From an uncultured bacterium (GTDB lineage: Bacteria > Edwardsbacteria > AC1 > EtOH8), in assembly GCA_963780225.1 (NCBI GenBank), contig CAWAAX010000013.1, positions 1-21,312 on the forward strand: 21,312 bases of DNA, in the 5' to 3' direction. The notes under the pieces were generated by a model. That model made no database searches. It was not told the DNA's origin and saw only the letters and a program-made list of their open reading frames with translations. The position numbers and the translations under genes were made by a program. Below, piece after piece: positions 1 to 10,265 of the stretch (position 1 is its first letter; each line of letters opens with the position of its first letter).

Positions 1-1
1 A

Positions 2-2173
2 GCCGATGTTGGAGGTCATGATGATCACCGTGTTCTTGAAGTCCACCGTCCGGCCCTGGCCGTCGGTCAGCCGGCCGTCGTCCAGCACCTGCAGCAGGAC
101 GTTGAACACGTCGTGGTGGGCCTTCTCGATCTCGTCGAACAGTATCACGCAGTAGGGCCGGCGCCGCACCGCCTCGGTCAGCTGGCCGCCCTCGTCGTAG
201 CCCACATAGCCCGGAGGCGCGCCCAGCAACCGGGACACCGTGTGCTTCTCCATGTATTCCGACATGTCTATCCGCACCATGGCCCGCTCGTCGTCGAACA
301 GGAACTCGGCCAGGGCCCGGGCCAGCTCGGTCTTGCCCACACCGGTGGGCCCCAGAAAGATGAAGGAGCCTATCGGCTTGTTGGGGTCGGACAGCCCGGC
401 CCGGGACCGCCTGACCGCGTTACCGATGGACTTCAGCGCCTCGTCCTGCCCGATCACCCGCTCCCGCAGGCGTTCCTCGATCTTGATAAGCTTGGAGGTC
501 TCGCCCTCCAGCATCCTGGTGACCGGGATCCCGGTCCACTTGGCCACCACCTCGGCGATGTCCTCGTCGTCCACTTCCTCCTTCAGGAATTTCTGGGACT
601 TCTGGATCTCTGCCAAATGCTTGTTCTCGTGCTCCAGGTCCTTTTGCAGGGCCACCAAAGTGCCGTAGCGGAACTCGGCCACCTTGTTGTAGTCGCCCTT
701 CTTCTCGGCCTGCTGTTCCTCTATCTTGGCGTTCTCCACCCGCTGTTTGATGTCGGAGATCTTCTTGATGATGGCCTTCTCGTTCTGCCAGTGGGCCTTC
801 ATGGTGGAGGACTTCTCCTTAAGCTCGGCCAGCTCGGAATCAATTTTGGCCAGACGTTCCCTGGAGGCCGCGTCGTGGTCCTTCTTTAAGGCCGTGCGCT
901 CGATCTCCATCTGCATGATCCGCCGCTCCACTTCGTCGATCTCGGTGGGCAGGCTGTCGATCTCTATCCGCAGGCGGGAGGAGGCCTCGTCGATCAGGTC
1001 CACCGCCTTGTCCGGCAGAAAGCGGTCGGAGATGTAGCGCTGGGAAAGCACCGCCGCCGCCACCAGGGCCGAGTCCTTGATCCGCACCTTGTGGTGCAGT
1101 TCGTAGCGCTCCTTCAAGCCGCGTAAGATGGCTATGGTGTCCTCCACCGACGGCTCCTGCACCAGCACCGGCGCCAGCCGGCGCTCCAGGGCCGGGTCCT
1201 TTTCGATGTTCTTGCGGTACTCGTCCAGTGTGGTGGCGCCGACCATCCTCAGCTCGCCCCGGGCCAGGGCGGGCTTCAGCATGTTGCTGGCGTCCATGGC
1301 CCCCTCGGCCTTGCCGGCGCCAACCAAGGTATGCAGCTCGTCGATAAACAGTATCACCGAGCCGGCCGCGGCCTCTATCTCCTTGAGCACGGCTTTAAGA
1401 CGTTCCTCGAACTCGCCCCGGAACTTGGCCCCGGCGATCAGGGCGCCAAGGTCCAGCGATACCACCTTTTTGTTCTTCAGCGTCTCGGGCACGTCGCCGG
1501 AATTTATCCGCTGGGCCAGGCCCTCGGCGATGGCGGTCTTGCCCACCCCCGGCTCGCCGATCAGTACCGGATTGTTCTTGGTGCGGCGGGACAAGACCTG
1601 GATCACCCGGCGGATCTCGTCGTCCCGGCCGATCACCGGGTCCAGCTTGCCCTGGCGGGCCAGCTCGGTCAGGTCGCGGCTGTATTTGGCCAGGGCCTGG
1701 TACTTGCCCTCGGGATCCTGGTCGGTCACCCGCTGGCTGCCACGGACATCCACCAATGCCTTCAGGATGTGATCGCGGTTGATCCCGGAGTTTTTCAGGA
1801 TCTGCGCGGCTTTCCCGTGTTCCTCAGCCAGGGCCAGCAGCAGGTGCTCGCCGGAGACGTACTCATCCTTCATTTTTTCCGCTTCGGCCTGGGCCTTTTG
1901 CAGCAGCTTGTTCAGGGCGTTGGAAAGATAAGGCTGGGAGGCTCCGCCGTAAACCTTGGGAAGGTTCTGGATCTCGGCCTCCACCCTGTCTTTTAACAGG
2001 GCCGGATTGGCCCCCATCTTTTGCAGCAGGGGAATGACCACGCCATCGGGCTGGTCCAGCAGGGCGGCCAGCAGGTGCTCCGGCGCTATCTCCTGCTGAT
2101 TGGCCTGTCCGGCCAGCTGGGACGCGGCCTCTATGGCTTCCTGGGATTTGACGGTGAATTTGTCCAAACGCAT
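2..2173 (-). CDS. clpB: ATP-dependent chaperone ClpB (3' end beyond window start)
   Basis: Not in the ORF track because the stop is outside the window. My minus-strand translation from ATG 2173 starts [17 protein letters not shown] and includes [36 protein letters not shown] (Walker A1), the coiled-coil M-domain region, GPTGVGKTE (Walker A2) and [20 protein letters not shown] at the window edge. Confidence 0.97.
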   Translation of the reverse strand, partial: MRLDKFTVKSQEAIEAASQLAGQANQQEIAPEHLLAALLDQPDGVVIPLLQKMGANPALLKDRVEAEIQNLPKVYGGASQPYLSNALNKLLQKAQAEAEKMKDEYVSGEHLLLALAEEHGKAAQILKNSGINRDHILKALVDVRGSQRVTDQDPEGKYQALAKYSRDLTELARQGKLDPVIGRDDEIRRVIQVLSRRTKNNPVLIGEPGVGKTAIAEGLAQRINSGDVPETLKNKKVVSLDLGALIAGAKFRGEFEERLKAVLKEIEAAAGSVILFIDELHTLVGAGKAEGAMDASNMLKPALARGELRMVGATTLDEYRKNIEKDPALERRLAPVLVQEPSVEDTIAILRGLKERYELHHKVRIKDSALVAAAVLSQRYISDRFLPDKAVDLIDEASSRLRIEIDSLPTEIDEVERRIMQMEIERTALKKDHDAASRERLAKIDSELAELKEKSSTMKAHWQNEKAIIKKISDIKQRVENAKIEEQQAEKKGDYNKVAEFRYGTLVALQKDLEHENKHLAEIQKSQKFLKEEVDDEDIAEVVAKWTGIPVTRMLEGETSKLIKIEERLRERVIGQDEALKSIGNAVRRSRAGLSDPNKPIGSFIFLGPTGVGKTELARALAEFLFDDERAMVRIDMSEYMEKHTVSRLLGAPPGYVGYDEGGQLTEAVRRRPYCVILFDEIEKAHHDVFNVLLQVLDDGRLTDGQGRTVDFKNTVIIMTSNIG

Positions 2174-2236
2174 ATTTTTGCCTTCTGTATTGTATTCAAG
2201 ACAGAGGGCGATTCCTAAAAGAACCGCCCATAAAGC

Positions 2237-2265
2237 AATATAACCACAGATGCCTGTTTTGTCAA
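2237..2265 (-). promoter_or_regulatory. Sigma70-type promoter for clpB
   Basis: Minus strand TTGACA (2265-2260), 17 bp spacer, TATATT (2242-2237), about 60 nt upstream of the clpB ATG. Confidence 0.6.
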
Positions 2266-3338
2266 GGTGCCGGTTCGTTTCTTTGGACAGCGGACCTGAG
2301 TTTAAATGTTTGCCCGGACCCGGTGACCTCTGTCCCCAGCTTCCGGCATAATTGCCGCAGGCGGGTCTGGATCTCCCGGGCCTTCTTCCTCCCGGCCGGG
2401 ACCGGCCGGTTGCCCACGATCTCCAGGGGAACCATCGAGACCGCTGTGATGGAATCTCCCTTAAGCTCCGCAAACAGCAGGGCGCTTTCCCGGCAGATCT
2501 GTTCCCTTTGGTCAAAGATGAAATTCCCCAGGCTGTAGGCGATCAGTCCGCCCCGGTAAAATTCCACTCCCTGCAAAACATGGGGATGATGTCCGTGCAC
2601 CAGCCTGGCCCCGCAGTCTATGGCCAGCCGGCCCAGTTTTTTCTGGGTCCGGACCGGTTGATCCTTGTACTCAAAGCCCCAGTGGAATGAGGCGACGATG
2701 ATGTCACAGGAATCGCGGATGGCCGCAATGGAACGGGCCACGCAGGCCGAGTCGGCCGGAGCTATCAGACCAGCACCATAATCCCTGGCAATGTCCAAAA
2801 GATAAGGTTCGCAAAAGGCCACCAGCCCTATCTTTTTATTTTTGACCCAAAGATATGACGGCCGGGCCAGGATCACGGTATCTCCGGATGGATCAACAAT
2901 TGTTTGAGCCAGCCCGCCGTAGGCGATGCCCGCTGTGTCCAGCACCCCGGTGCAATTAAAAAGGCCCTGGCTGCCGCAGTCCAGGGCGTGGTTGTTGGCC
3001 AGGGACACCATGTCGACCCCGGCCTTCTTTAATTCTAAAGCGGCAGTGATGGTGTCGCCCTTGAAATGCCAGGGGCTGGTGCTTTGGAATTCGGCTGAGG
3101 TCAGCGGCGATTCCAGGTTGCCGATGGTGATGTCGGCTACGGCCGTCAGCGAACAGGCCCCGGCAAAAGGGTAACCAGGGCCGTACCTGTCGGACATCCT
3201 CTTAACCCCCCGGCCCAGCATGATGTCCCCGGCCAGACAAAACCGGATGACGGGATCGCTCTGCGCCCGGACCGGAGTTGTGATCAACGTCCCCGCCAGC
3301 ATCGCGCCGAAAATAACTATGGCCAGTATTTTTCTCAT
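2262..3338 (-). CDS. CapA/PGA_cap family metallophosphoesterase-like protein, secreted
   Basis: N-terminal signal peptide. Motifs [35 protein letters not shown] and [10 protein letters not shown] are typical of the CapA family. Confidence 0.9.
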   Translation of the reverse strand: MRKILAIVIFGAMLAGTLITTPVRAQSDPVIRFCLAGDIMLGRGVKRMSDRYGPGYPFAGACSLTAVADITIGNLESPLTSAEFQSTSPWHFKGDTITAALELKKAGVDMVSLANNHALDCGSQGLFNCTGVLDTAGIAYGGLAQTIVDPSGDTVILARPSYLWVKNKKIGLVAFCEPYLLDIARDYGAGLIAPADSACVARSIAAIRDSCDIIVASFHWGFEYKDQPVRTQKKLGRLAIDCGARLVHGHHPHVLQGVEFYRGGLIAYSLGNFIFDQREQICRESALLFAELKGDSITAVSMVPLEIVGNRPVPAGRKKAREIQTRLRQLCRKLGTEVTGSGQTFKLRSAVQRNEPAP

Positions 3339-3352
3339 TCTTGCGGAAGATC

Positions 3353-4435
3353 TTATTGGCCGAGCCGGGATACCGGAACAAAGTCAAATTCCTTTTTCGT
3401 TTTTTCCCCCGCCGTTTCCTTAAGGGCCTTGATGAAGGCCGGGCTGGCCGGGGCCAGGACAATGTACCGGCCCTTTTCCCGGCAGGCGCTCAGCGCCTTG
3501 TTCAATTGCCCAACGGCGGAAGAACGGGGATCCTTGGCTTCTATGACCATATCCGGCTTCAGGTAGCGGCATTCCAGCTGGCCGGCCAGTTCAAAAGCCA
3601 GGGAGCGGGTGGAGGGCTGTGGTTCCAGGAAGATCAGGCCCTTTTGGAGGCAGTATTTAAGAACAATGTTGCAGACCCGGGAATCCTCCAGCGCCCGGGA
3701 TCCGGCCACGGCGTAAAACCCGGCGGCCTTGGGGTAAAGTTTTAAAGCCTGGTCCATCTTGGCCTTGATTTTCAGTTCCGAGTCATCCACCAGGATCGTG
3801 CCGGGGCCGGGGTCCTGGCGGGGGTATCCCTTGGGCTCCAGCGGCAGGGCCGCCAAAACAGTTTTGTTGATGTTTTTGGCCGATGCCTTGATTATCAAGG
3901 TTGCCGCCTGGGGGCAGTTCAGGAATTCCTGGGCGGTCTTGGGATCCTGGGGCGGCCAGTTGTAGATCACGATCACCATCTGCGGCTTGGCAGCGGCCGG
4001 AACGGCCTCGGCCCTTTTCCTTTTAACCAGGATATTTACCGCCAGGGTCTCCTGGAAGGCATATCTCAGCTTAAGGGTCTGTTTTTTGCTGTCCTCTTCG
4101 ACCGCCACGGTCTTTAGCCCGCAGGATCCTGCCATCCGGCTCAGGCGCAGATTCAGCAGGATATAGGAAACATCCTTGCCGGCCGCTATCTGATAGAATG
4201 TCCCGGAATCGCTGGAAGCGGATATCTGTCTGATGTTCAGGCTGTCATCCTTCAATCCGGACAAGGCCTGGTCAAAGGCCTTAAGCCCTCCGGCCTCCCG
4301 GGCAAAGGAGACGGGGCCGGGCCGCGGGAGCTTCAACCCGCCACTCCACAGATATTTTATGACCAGGGCGGCGGCCACAATGGCCGCCAGGGCCAGGATC
4401 ATGCCCCTGAAGTTGTTGTTTTTCTTTTTTGCCAT
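3353..4435 (-). CDS. Membrane-anchored divergent polysaccharide deacetylase family protein (probably degenerate)
   Basis: N-terminal transmembrane anchor. C-terminal LPLEPKGYPRQDPGPGTIL and GSR...GLIFLE pattern resembles the YibQ/DUF610 family. Start overlaps the upstream stop (TGATG at 4437-4433). Confidence 0.7.
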   Translation of the reverse strand: MAKKKNNNFRGMILALAAIVAAALVIKYLWSGGLKLPRPGPVSFAREAGGLKAFDQALSGLKDDSLNIRQISASSDSGTFYQIAAGKDVSYILLNLRLSRMAGSCGLKTVAVEEDSKKQTLKLRYAFQETLAVNILVKRKRAEAVPAAAKPQMVIVIYNWPPQDPKTAQEFLNCPQAATLIIKASAKNINKTVLAALPLEPKGYPRQDPGPGTILVDDSELKIKAKMDQALKLYPKAAGFYAVAGSRALEDSRVCNIVLKYCLQKGLIFLEPQPSTRSLAFELAGQLECRYLKPDMVIEAKDPRSSAVGQLNKALSACREKGRYIVLAPASPAFIKALKETAGEKTKKEFDFVPVSRLGQ

Positions 4436-7400
4436 CAGCTTATCGTGCCGGTATATTTGTTGAGATCATAGCCTGATTCTTCGGCGGCCTGGGCATGCTT
4501 CCTGACAAACTTGAATCTCCGCAGCATCCTCCTGGCCGCCATTATTCCCGGACCTTCCTCCAGCAGGGAGACCACCGTCTGCCAGTACAGCAGGGTAAGG
4601 AACCTTTCCCGGTTGAACCACAATATCCCCTGGTGCCAGTTGCATCCCAATATTTCCTGGGTCCGGGGCTGGTTCAAGAATTCTTTAAATTTGCGGTCGT
4701 CCTCCAGTATCCTGTCCATAGACGCTTCCGGGAAGACCAGGTTCTCCCACAACCAGCGCATTTGTGAGGCTGTTTCCCGGGCCACGCCCCCGGCCTGCAA
4801 TGCCTCTGTTGCCCTTTCCCCGAACAGCCCTATGGAGGAAGCATCACCCAGCCCCTGCTGGAGGACCTTTTCCAGCAGGAAGGCGTATAAGAACTTGTAT
4901 CCGGAATCGTCCCGCAGGGTAAACGAAAGTTCTGTTTCGGAAACAGCCTTTAAATATTTTTGTCCCAGGTGCGAGGCTCTGATGCTTTTGAGCTCCGGCC
5001 CGGCGGCCAGCCTGTAAACTAATCTGAACTGGTGCTCCGTCTGCCTGATGACATCGTCATCAGCAGATAGCGGACCATTTATCTTTTCGGCTTCTATGAA
5101 ATATCTTTTCAGGGATGAGTTTTGCTGTGATATCAGGGCTGCCTGCTTTTCCGGAGAAGCCAGATATTCCCGGCCGAAGTCCGCCGCCGCCAGGGGAAGG
5201 AAAAGCCCTGATACTTCTTTAAGCACCCCGGCCAGCTTCAGCTCCCACAAGGCCCGGCCCATGTCCGGCACGCCCCGGCCCGACAGATGCCGGCACAAAT
5301 TCCCGTATCCTTCCCCCTCTACCTTACGGAAGGAGGAAAGCAGATTATACTGGTAACCATTCAGGCTGAAATACAATCCTTTCTCGGCCAGCTCACCGGC
5401 CGACTTGATGTATTCCATGCCCAGAACCTCGTCCCTGAAGATGTACCAGCCGCCGGGCGCCAGCCGCAGGCGCTGGGCCAGTGTGCTTTTCCCGGCCTGC
5501 CTGTCGTTCTCATCCCGGCGCTGGCTGACCGTTTCCCGTATCCATCCCGCCGCAGACTGTAACCGGTTGTTGTAAATGAACAGGGCCTGTTCCTGCCCCT
5601 GCCCGTTGGAGTAGGCGAAAATATCCGGATGGATGTGGCCCTGTTCCGAGACCGCGTCGTAAAAGGCGAACTGGTCCACCCCGCTGAACAGATAGCGCTT
5701 TTTAAGCAGGGGAAAGATCTCCCGCTGGTGCCGTTCCATCAGGCCGGGATCCTCGGTCTCGTTCCGGTAGGACCGGCCGTACTCCATCCCGTACTTTTCG
5801 CCAAAGCCCTCCAATTGTCCGTGGCCGAACAGCGGCAGGCCGGGCAGGGTGGCCATCATGGCGCAGACCCCGAAATACTTGTCCCCCCTGCCGAAGTGGG
5901 CGGCGGCCGGCTCCTCGTCGGGGTTGCTGAGGAAGTTGACAAAGCGTTTCAGGATCTCGGGGTTGAACTCCAGCACGTTCCGGATCACCGTCCGGTAGTT
6001 GGAATTTTCCTCCTTCTTCAGCATGTTCATGAAGGCGCTGTTGTAGACCCGGTGCATCCCCAGGGTCCTCACGAAGAATCCCTCCATCAGCCAGAAGGCC
6101 TCGGCCAGCAGCAGGGTCTGGGGGGCCTCGGCGGCGATGCGGTCCACCACGGTCCGCCAGAACTCGGCCGGGAAGGCCCGCTCGAAATCCTGGCGGGACA
6201 GGCCCTGGCCGGCCCGGGAGGGAATGTCTCCGCCCGAACCCGGCTCCGGGAACCACAGCCGCTGGTAATGGCGCTTGGCCAGGGTCATGGCCGCGTCAAA
6301 GCGGATGATGGAGGAATAGCGGGCCACGTTCAGGATCTTATCCATCACCGCCTCCCGCACCGCCGGCAGCAGAAAGTTCAGCTGGGCGGTGTCGTTCCAG
6401 GGCAGGTGGGTGCCGTCGTTGCCGTGATAGATGTAGCGGGGCTCTCCCGACCCCCGGTCCAGGCGCTTGAAGACCACCGCTGCATCCCGGCGGTTCCAGT
6501 AGCCGTCCTCTATGAAAAGCCCGATGCCGGGGTCCTCCGAAAGGTCGGGGCCGTTGAAGGTGTAGCCCGGAAACGGCGGCTGGGGGGTCTGGACGAACCA
6601 GTCGGGATGCTCCACTATCCACCGGGAATACAGGCCGGTGTGGTTGGGCACCATGTCCACCGCCAGCCTTATGCCGCAGCGCTGGGCCCGGTCCTTCAGG
6701 TTCCAGTAGGCCGGATCCCCGCCCAGGTCGTGGGAGATGGAGTAATCGTAAAGCGAGTAGGCCGAGGCCAGAGCTTCCTGGTTGCCGGTCATCTGCTTGA
6801 TCCGGCGGGAGGCCGGGCTGCGCTGCCAGATGCCGATCAGCCACAGGGAGTTGAAGCCCCGCCGGGACAGCAGTTCCAGCTCCCGGTCGGGAACCTGGTC
6901 CAAGGCGGTTATCGGGTATCCGTATTTCTGCGACAGCTGGAAAAGCCAGACCGGGGCGTTCTTGGCCATCATCACCACGTTGGGCATCCAGTCCAGGTCC
7001 GGGGAAAAGGCTTTTGGCTCGTACTCCGGGCCGGCTTTGGCGCCTGCCCCGGCTCCGCTGAAATCCAGCACCTGAGACGGCCCCGGGCCGCCGCCTCTCA
7101 TCCGCTCCTCTTCCCGGATGATGTCCAGCGCCAGCAGCAGTTTTTGGAACAGCCGTTCCAGCGCGCCGGCCGGCAGTATCTCCAGCCAATGGAGTTTGAT
7201 GTAGTTCAGCTGGTCCGTCAGCGAATGGGGATGGGCCCTGGACGGGGCCAGCAGCAGTTCCACCAGGTTCTGGTTGAAGGGGCCGAACCCGGGCTGTCCC
7301 GAGAAAAAGGTCTTCAGTGATTCCGTTAACTCCGGGTACCGGCTGTTCTGCCGCAACGGCAGGTCGCCGAACAATTCGCCGAACGGCTCCAGGGCCGGGT

Positions 7401-7905
7401 TCTGGTTGGCGGTCCACAGCAGCAGCATTTCCTCCAGGGAGATCTCCTGGTGGGGCACCTTGGCGGTGCTGCCTTTCAGGTATTCGGCCAGGGTGATCTG
7501 GCGGCGGTGCACTAAAAGCGGGGGAAATGTTTTGACGAATTCGGTCAGACAGCCGTTGGTATCCGCCGGTGAAAGCTCCCGGTCCAGGTGCGCCAGGGCC
7601 TGGGAAAATGCCTTCTGGTTGACCCGGGCCCGGTACTGGGCGATCACATAGTGCTGCAGTTCGTCGATCAGGCCCATGGCGGCCAGCTGTCCGGCAGTGA
7701 TCTGAACCCCGGACCGGTTCATTTGATAAGCCAATTGCCGGGCGGCGCCCAGGTCGGCCAGTATCACGTTGCCGGAAATGGAAAAAAGACCATCGTCACA
7801 GCCGTACTTCTTTCTGGCGGCGGCCGAGATATGGAACTCATAGCCGGGATGAGGCCCGGAATGAAAGACTGCCGGTGGCAGGATTATTTTAGCTTGGCTG
7901 TTCAT
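4435..7905 (-). CDS. Large GH13 alpha-amylase family glycoside hydrolase
   Basis: GH13 conserved regions VDMVPNH, IRFDAAM (nucleophile), LLAEAFW (acid/base) and FLSNPDE, with long N- and C-terminal extensions. Confidence 0.9.
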   Translation of the reverse strand: MNSQAKIILPPAVFHSGPHPGYEFHISAAARKKYGCDDGLFSISGNVILADLGAARQLAYQMNRSGVQITAGQLAAMGLIDELQHYVIAQYRARVNQKAFSQALAHLDRELSPADTNGCLTEFVKTFPPLLVHRRQITLAEYLKGSTAKVPHQEISLEEMLLLWTANQNPALEPFGELFGDLPLRQNSRYPELTESLKTFFSGQPGFGPFNQNLVELLLAPSRAHPHSLTDQLNYIKLHWLEILPAGALERLFQKLLLALDIIREEERMRGGGPGPSQVLDFSGAGAGAKAGPEYEPKAFSPDLDWMPNVVMMAKNAPVWLFQLSQKYGYPITALDQVPDRELELLSRRGFNSLWLIGIWQRSPASRRIKQMTGNQEALASAYSLYDYSISHDLGGDPAYWNLKDRAQRCGIRLAVDMVPNHTGLYSRWIVEHPDWFVQTPQPPFPGYTFNGPDLSEDPGIGLFIEDGYWNRRDAAVVFKRLDRGSGEPRYIYHGNDGTHLPWNDTAQLNFLLPAVREAVMDKILNVARYSSIIRFDAAMTLAKRHYQRLWFPEPGSGGDIPSRAGQGLSRQDFERAFPAEFWRTVVDRIAAEAPQTLLLAEAFWLMEGFFVRTLGMHRVYNSAFMNMLKKEENSNYRTVIRNVLEFNPEILKRFVNFLSNPDEEPAAAHFGRGDKYFGVCAMMATLPGLPLFGHGQLEGFGEKYGMEYGRSYRNETEDPGLMERHQREIFPLLKKRYLFSGVDQFAFYDAVSEQGHIHPDIFAYSNGQGQEQALFIYNNRLQSAAGWIRETVSQRRDENDRQAGKSTLAQRLRLAPGGWYIFRDEVLGMEYIKSAGELAEKGLYFSLNGYQYNLLSSFRKVEGEGYGNLCRHLSGRGVPDMGRALWELKLAGVLKEVSGLFLPLAAADFGREYLASPEKQAALISQQNSSLKRYFIEAEKINGPLSADDDVIRQTEHQFRLVYRLAAGPELKSIRASHLGQKYLKAVSETELSFTLRDDSGYKFLYAFLLEKVLQQGLGDASSIGLFGERATEALQAGGVARETASQMRWLWENLVFPEASMDRILEDDRKFKEFLNQPRTQEILGCNWHQGILWFNRERFLTLLYWQTVVSLLEEGPGIMAARRMLRRFKFVRKHAQAAEESGYDLNKYTGTIS

Positions 7906-7941
7906 TAAATAATGGTTTTATCTGGTTTGACACGCCCCAAT

Positions 7942-7969
7942 ATTATACCTTATTTTAGAGATAAAGCAA
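7942..7969 (-). promoter_or_regulatory. Putative sigma70 promoter for the GH13 gene
   Basis: Minus strand TTGCTT, 16 bp spacer, TATAAT, about 36 nt upstream of ATG 7905. Confidence 0.45.
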
Positions 7970-7992
7970 TCTGTTTTTACGGAAAGCTTGTT

Positions 7993-8020
7993 AAAAAGCC
8001 GCCCCTTATGAGGACGGCTT
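7993..8020 (-). terminator. Rho-independent terminator after the DUF192 gene
   Basis: Minus strand AAGCCGTCCT-CATAA-GGGGCGGCTT hairpin (with G-U pairs) running into a T tract. Confidence 0.7.
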
Positions 8021-8045
8021 CCGAAATTCCTGATTGTGGTGCCTG

Positions 8046-8546
8046 CTAGAAGCGCACCTTGTCCCCGGCTTTGACCCCGTGGTCCTTGAACCATCCGGCA
8101 TTGGCCTCTATGGCGTACAGGGCCTGGCCCTGGGACAGGTAACGCGGGCCTTCGTCCAACGGTTTCATCCGGAGGATATTGAGGATGCTGCCATCGCTGG
8201 CCACGAAGGCTATGTCCAGGGGAAGGTAGGTGTTCTTCATCCAAAAGGAAAGCGGCTGGGGATACTCGAATACGAACAGCATCCCTTCGTCCTGGGGCAT
8301 CTGACGTCGGAACATAAGGCCCTGGGACCGGGCGGCCTCGTCCCCGGCCACTTCCACCCACAGCCTGGCCCCGCCCATGGCCAGCGGCACCCTGCCCGGC
8401 CGGGATTCCTTGGTCACCGGGGCCTTGGGCAAAGGTTCCTGACGGCACCCGGCCAGTACCGCCAGACTGAAGGCGGCCAGGACGATCAAATATCTGTTAT
8501 TGGTCTTCAAATTATTATACCACTCCCGTGTTCCTGCTCCCAGCAA
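8046..8546 (-). CDS. DUF192 family lipoprotein (start may be TTG at 8510)
   Basis: Motifs VEVA...RSQGLMFR...GMLFVF...FWMKNTYLPLDIAF...AIEANAGWF, and a lipobox LAGC. Confidence 0.9.
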   Translation of the reverse strand: MLGAGTREWYNNLKTNNRYLIVLAAFSLAVLAGCRQEPLPKAPVTKESRPGRVPLAMGGARLWVEVAGDEAARSQGLMFRRQMPQDEGMLFVFEYPQPLSFWMKNTYLPLDIAFVASDGSILNILRMKPLDEGPRYLSQGQALYAIEANAGWFKDHGVKAGDKVRF

Positions 8547-8572
8547 AAGAGGAGGCAGGTTTTCCTGCCTCC
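8544..8572 (-). terminator. Rho-independent terminator
   Basis: Perfect stem GGAGGCAGG-AAAA-CCTGCCTCC followed by TCTTTT on the minus strand, just after the 8590 stop. Confidence 0.8.
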
Positions 8573-8589
8573 CCGAAGTTTATTGGCGG

Positions 8590-8970
8590 TCACTGCCGGC
8601 TGGCTACCTGCTCCCATTCGTTTTTGTCTCCCAGGAACAGCAGATAACTGCCGGAACCGCTGTAACCAACTATCTCAAAGCGATAGGTCCCGGAATAGGT
8701 GAAGGTGACCATCTGGGGCTTCTGTTCGGCCGACCCGCTCATGGTGAAAATCTTGTTGCCGTAGGGCGAATAGATGCACAGGTCCGCGTCCAGCGTTCCG
8801 TTGGCGCCCATGTAGGCCAGGCTTTGGTAGTTACCGGTGGAGTTTATCTCGATGTCGATGTATATCCTCTGGCCGCGGGAAAGGCTGCCATCCCGGTAGA
8901 TGTAGGCGCTTCCGGGAACGGCAGACAGCAGCAGCAGCAGGGCTGCGGCTATCGCGATCTTCCATTTCAT
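8590..8970 (-). CDS. Small secreted protein, PPC-like beta-sandwich domain
   Basis: Signal peptide. DADLCIYSPYG...SGTYRFEIVGYSGSGSYLL resembles pre-peptidase C-terminal (PPC) domains. RBS AAGGAGG upstream. Confidence 0.65.
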   Translation of the reverse strand: MKWKIAIAAALLLLLSAVPGSAYIYRDGSLSRGQRIYIDIEINSTGNYQSLAYMGANGTLDADLCIYSPYGNKIFTMSGSAEQKPQMVTFTYSGTYRFEIVGYSGSGSYLLFLGDKNEWEQVASRQ

Positions 8971-9014
8971 GTTCAGGCCTCCTTATAATAGTTGTGGTGA
9001 TGGGCGGTGCGGCC

Positions 9015-9350
9015 TTAGCGCAGCACCGAGATGGCCAACAGTCCCACCATCACAATCATGCTGATCAGGATCAGGGCCACGCTCCAGTTGCCTTTCTTGA
9101 TCTCCTCCCACTCGTCGATGTTGGTGGACAGGGCGTCGAAGACCTTGATGGCGATCCCCACCCCCAGGGCGAACCCGATGGAGGCGGTCAGTATCCAGCC
9201 CAAAGACATCAGCAGCTTGATGATCCAGGTGCCGAAAGATATGCTGACATTGACCGGCCGTCCGGCCCCCTCCTGCACCACCTGGGCCTGGGCGAACAAT
9301 GAGGTTGCGGCGGTTAGCAGAACCAGAGATATGGCGGAAAGCTTTTTCAT
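9015..9350 (-). CDS. DUF350 family membrane protein
   Basis: KVFDALSTNIDEWEEIKKGNWSVAL between hydrophobic helices matches the DUF350 pattern. Confidence 0.8.
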   Translation of the reverse strand: MKKLSAISLVLLTAATSLFAQAQVVQEGAGRPVNVSISFGTWIIKLLMSLGWILTASIGFALGVGIAIKVFDALSTNIDEWEEIKKGNWSVALILISMIVMVGLLAISVLR

Positions 9351-9410
9351 TTTACCATCCCCTTATGTTTATGTTGACCCGTTGTTTTGTTTGTTTAAAA
9401 TCTGGTTTAT

Positions 9411-9439
9411 ATGTTAACTCTTTTAAAACAAATTGTCAA
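9411..9439 (-). promoter_or_regulatory. Sigma70-type promoter for the DUF350 gene pair
   Basis: Minus strand TTGACA (9439-9434), 17 bp spacer, TAACAT (9416-9411) in an AT-rich intergenic region. Confidence 0.55.
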
Positions 9440-9555
9440 GAACGCCCAGGACCTGTTGTTTAGATATTTTTAAAGAACTCCGTGCCTTTTGGGTCAAGTT
9501 AAATTTTACCCCGGAAAATCATGTTAATCCTGTCTACTTTGGGAAAAGGAAATAG

Positions 9556-10242
9556 TTATCTCTGTTTCTTGGCCGCCTTCTGCTTGGCCAGCCCCAGGAT
9601 CAGTCCCAGCGCTATGGCCAGCAGGGCCGCCACCACCACCCGGAACTCCGGCGGCAGCATGAAATTCACCGACTGCACCGGCAGCCAGAACCAGATGATG
9701 GACCCTCCCACTATTTTGAACATGTTGTCCCAGTCTATGTTCCGGTAGGTCTCTATCAGCGGCCATCTGGAGAAAAGCTTATTGCCGTCGATCAGGGTGT
9801 CGATGATCCGGTGGAATGTCATGAAGGGAAAGCCGAACACCGCCTGAAAGAAGAAGGATTTCCAGAAGGCGGTCAGCCAGGCTACGCCCCGGCCCGGCAG
9901 GTAGCCCTGGTCCAGCAGGCCTTCGGTCCCGGCCGAGAACAGGGGAAAGGCCAGGGTCATCATTACACCAAGCAATCCCCAGACCAAAGCCCGCTGCCAC
10001 AGCCGGATCCCGGCCAGCTGCCATTTGCCGGAGACCACTTTCCGGCTCAACAGTTCGCCCATGGTTCCCAGCAGAATGAACTTGGCCATCCCCATCAGGT
10101 AGGGATGGGCCCGGGTGGCGGCCACGAAGAGTTCTCTGGTGCCGGGGATGATAAGAATGGTCAGCACTCCGCCCAGCAGCAAGACCCAGACAAGAGAGAT
10201 GAAAAGATCCAAGACAATGTTCTTCTGTTGTTCCATTCTCAA
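9556..10242 (-). CDS. Multi-pass membrane protein, Mpv17/PMP22-like C-terminus (start may be ATG 10236)
   Basis: Several hydrophobic helices. WFWLPVQSVNFMLPPEFRV resembles the Mpv17/PMP22 W-P-Q-NF-P-RV motif. Confidence 0.65.
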   Translation of the reverse strand: MRMEQQKNIVLDLFISLVWVLLLGGVLTILIIPGTRELFVAATRAHPYLMGMAKFILLGTMGELLSRKVVSGKWQLAGIRLWQRALVWGLLGVMMTLAFPLFSAGTEGLLDQGYLPGRGVAWLTAFWKSFFFQAVFGFPFMTFHRIIDTLIDGNKLFSRWPLIETYRNIDWDNMFKIVGGSIIWFWLPVQSVNFMLPPEFRVVVAALLAIALGLILGLAKQKAAKKQR

Positions 10243-10265
10243 TGAAGCGCTTTATGTGGTAAGTT

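Noticed and set aside
113..2218. Plus-strand ORFs over clpB (and similar long plus-strand ORFs such as 5629-7320, 10769-11791, 17479-18345)
   Set aside because: They are antisense shadows of well-supported minus-strand genes in GC-rich DNA.
9428..9440. 13-mer CTTGACAATTTGT shared (opposite strand) with the promoter at 11947-11959
   Set aside because: Largely accounted for by the -35 consensus plus AT-rich context, and the similarity does not extend.
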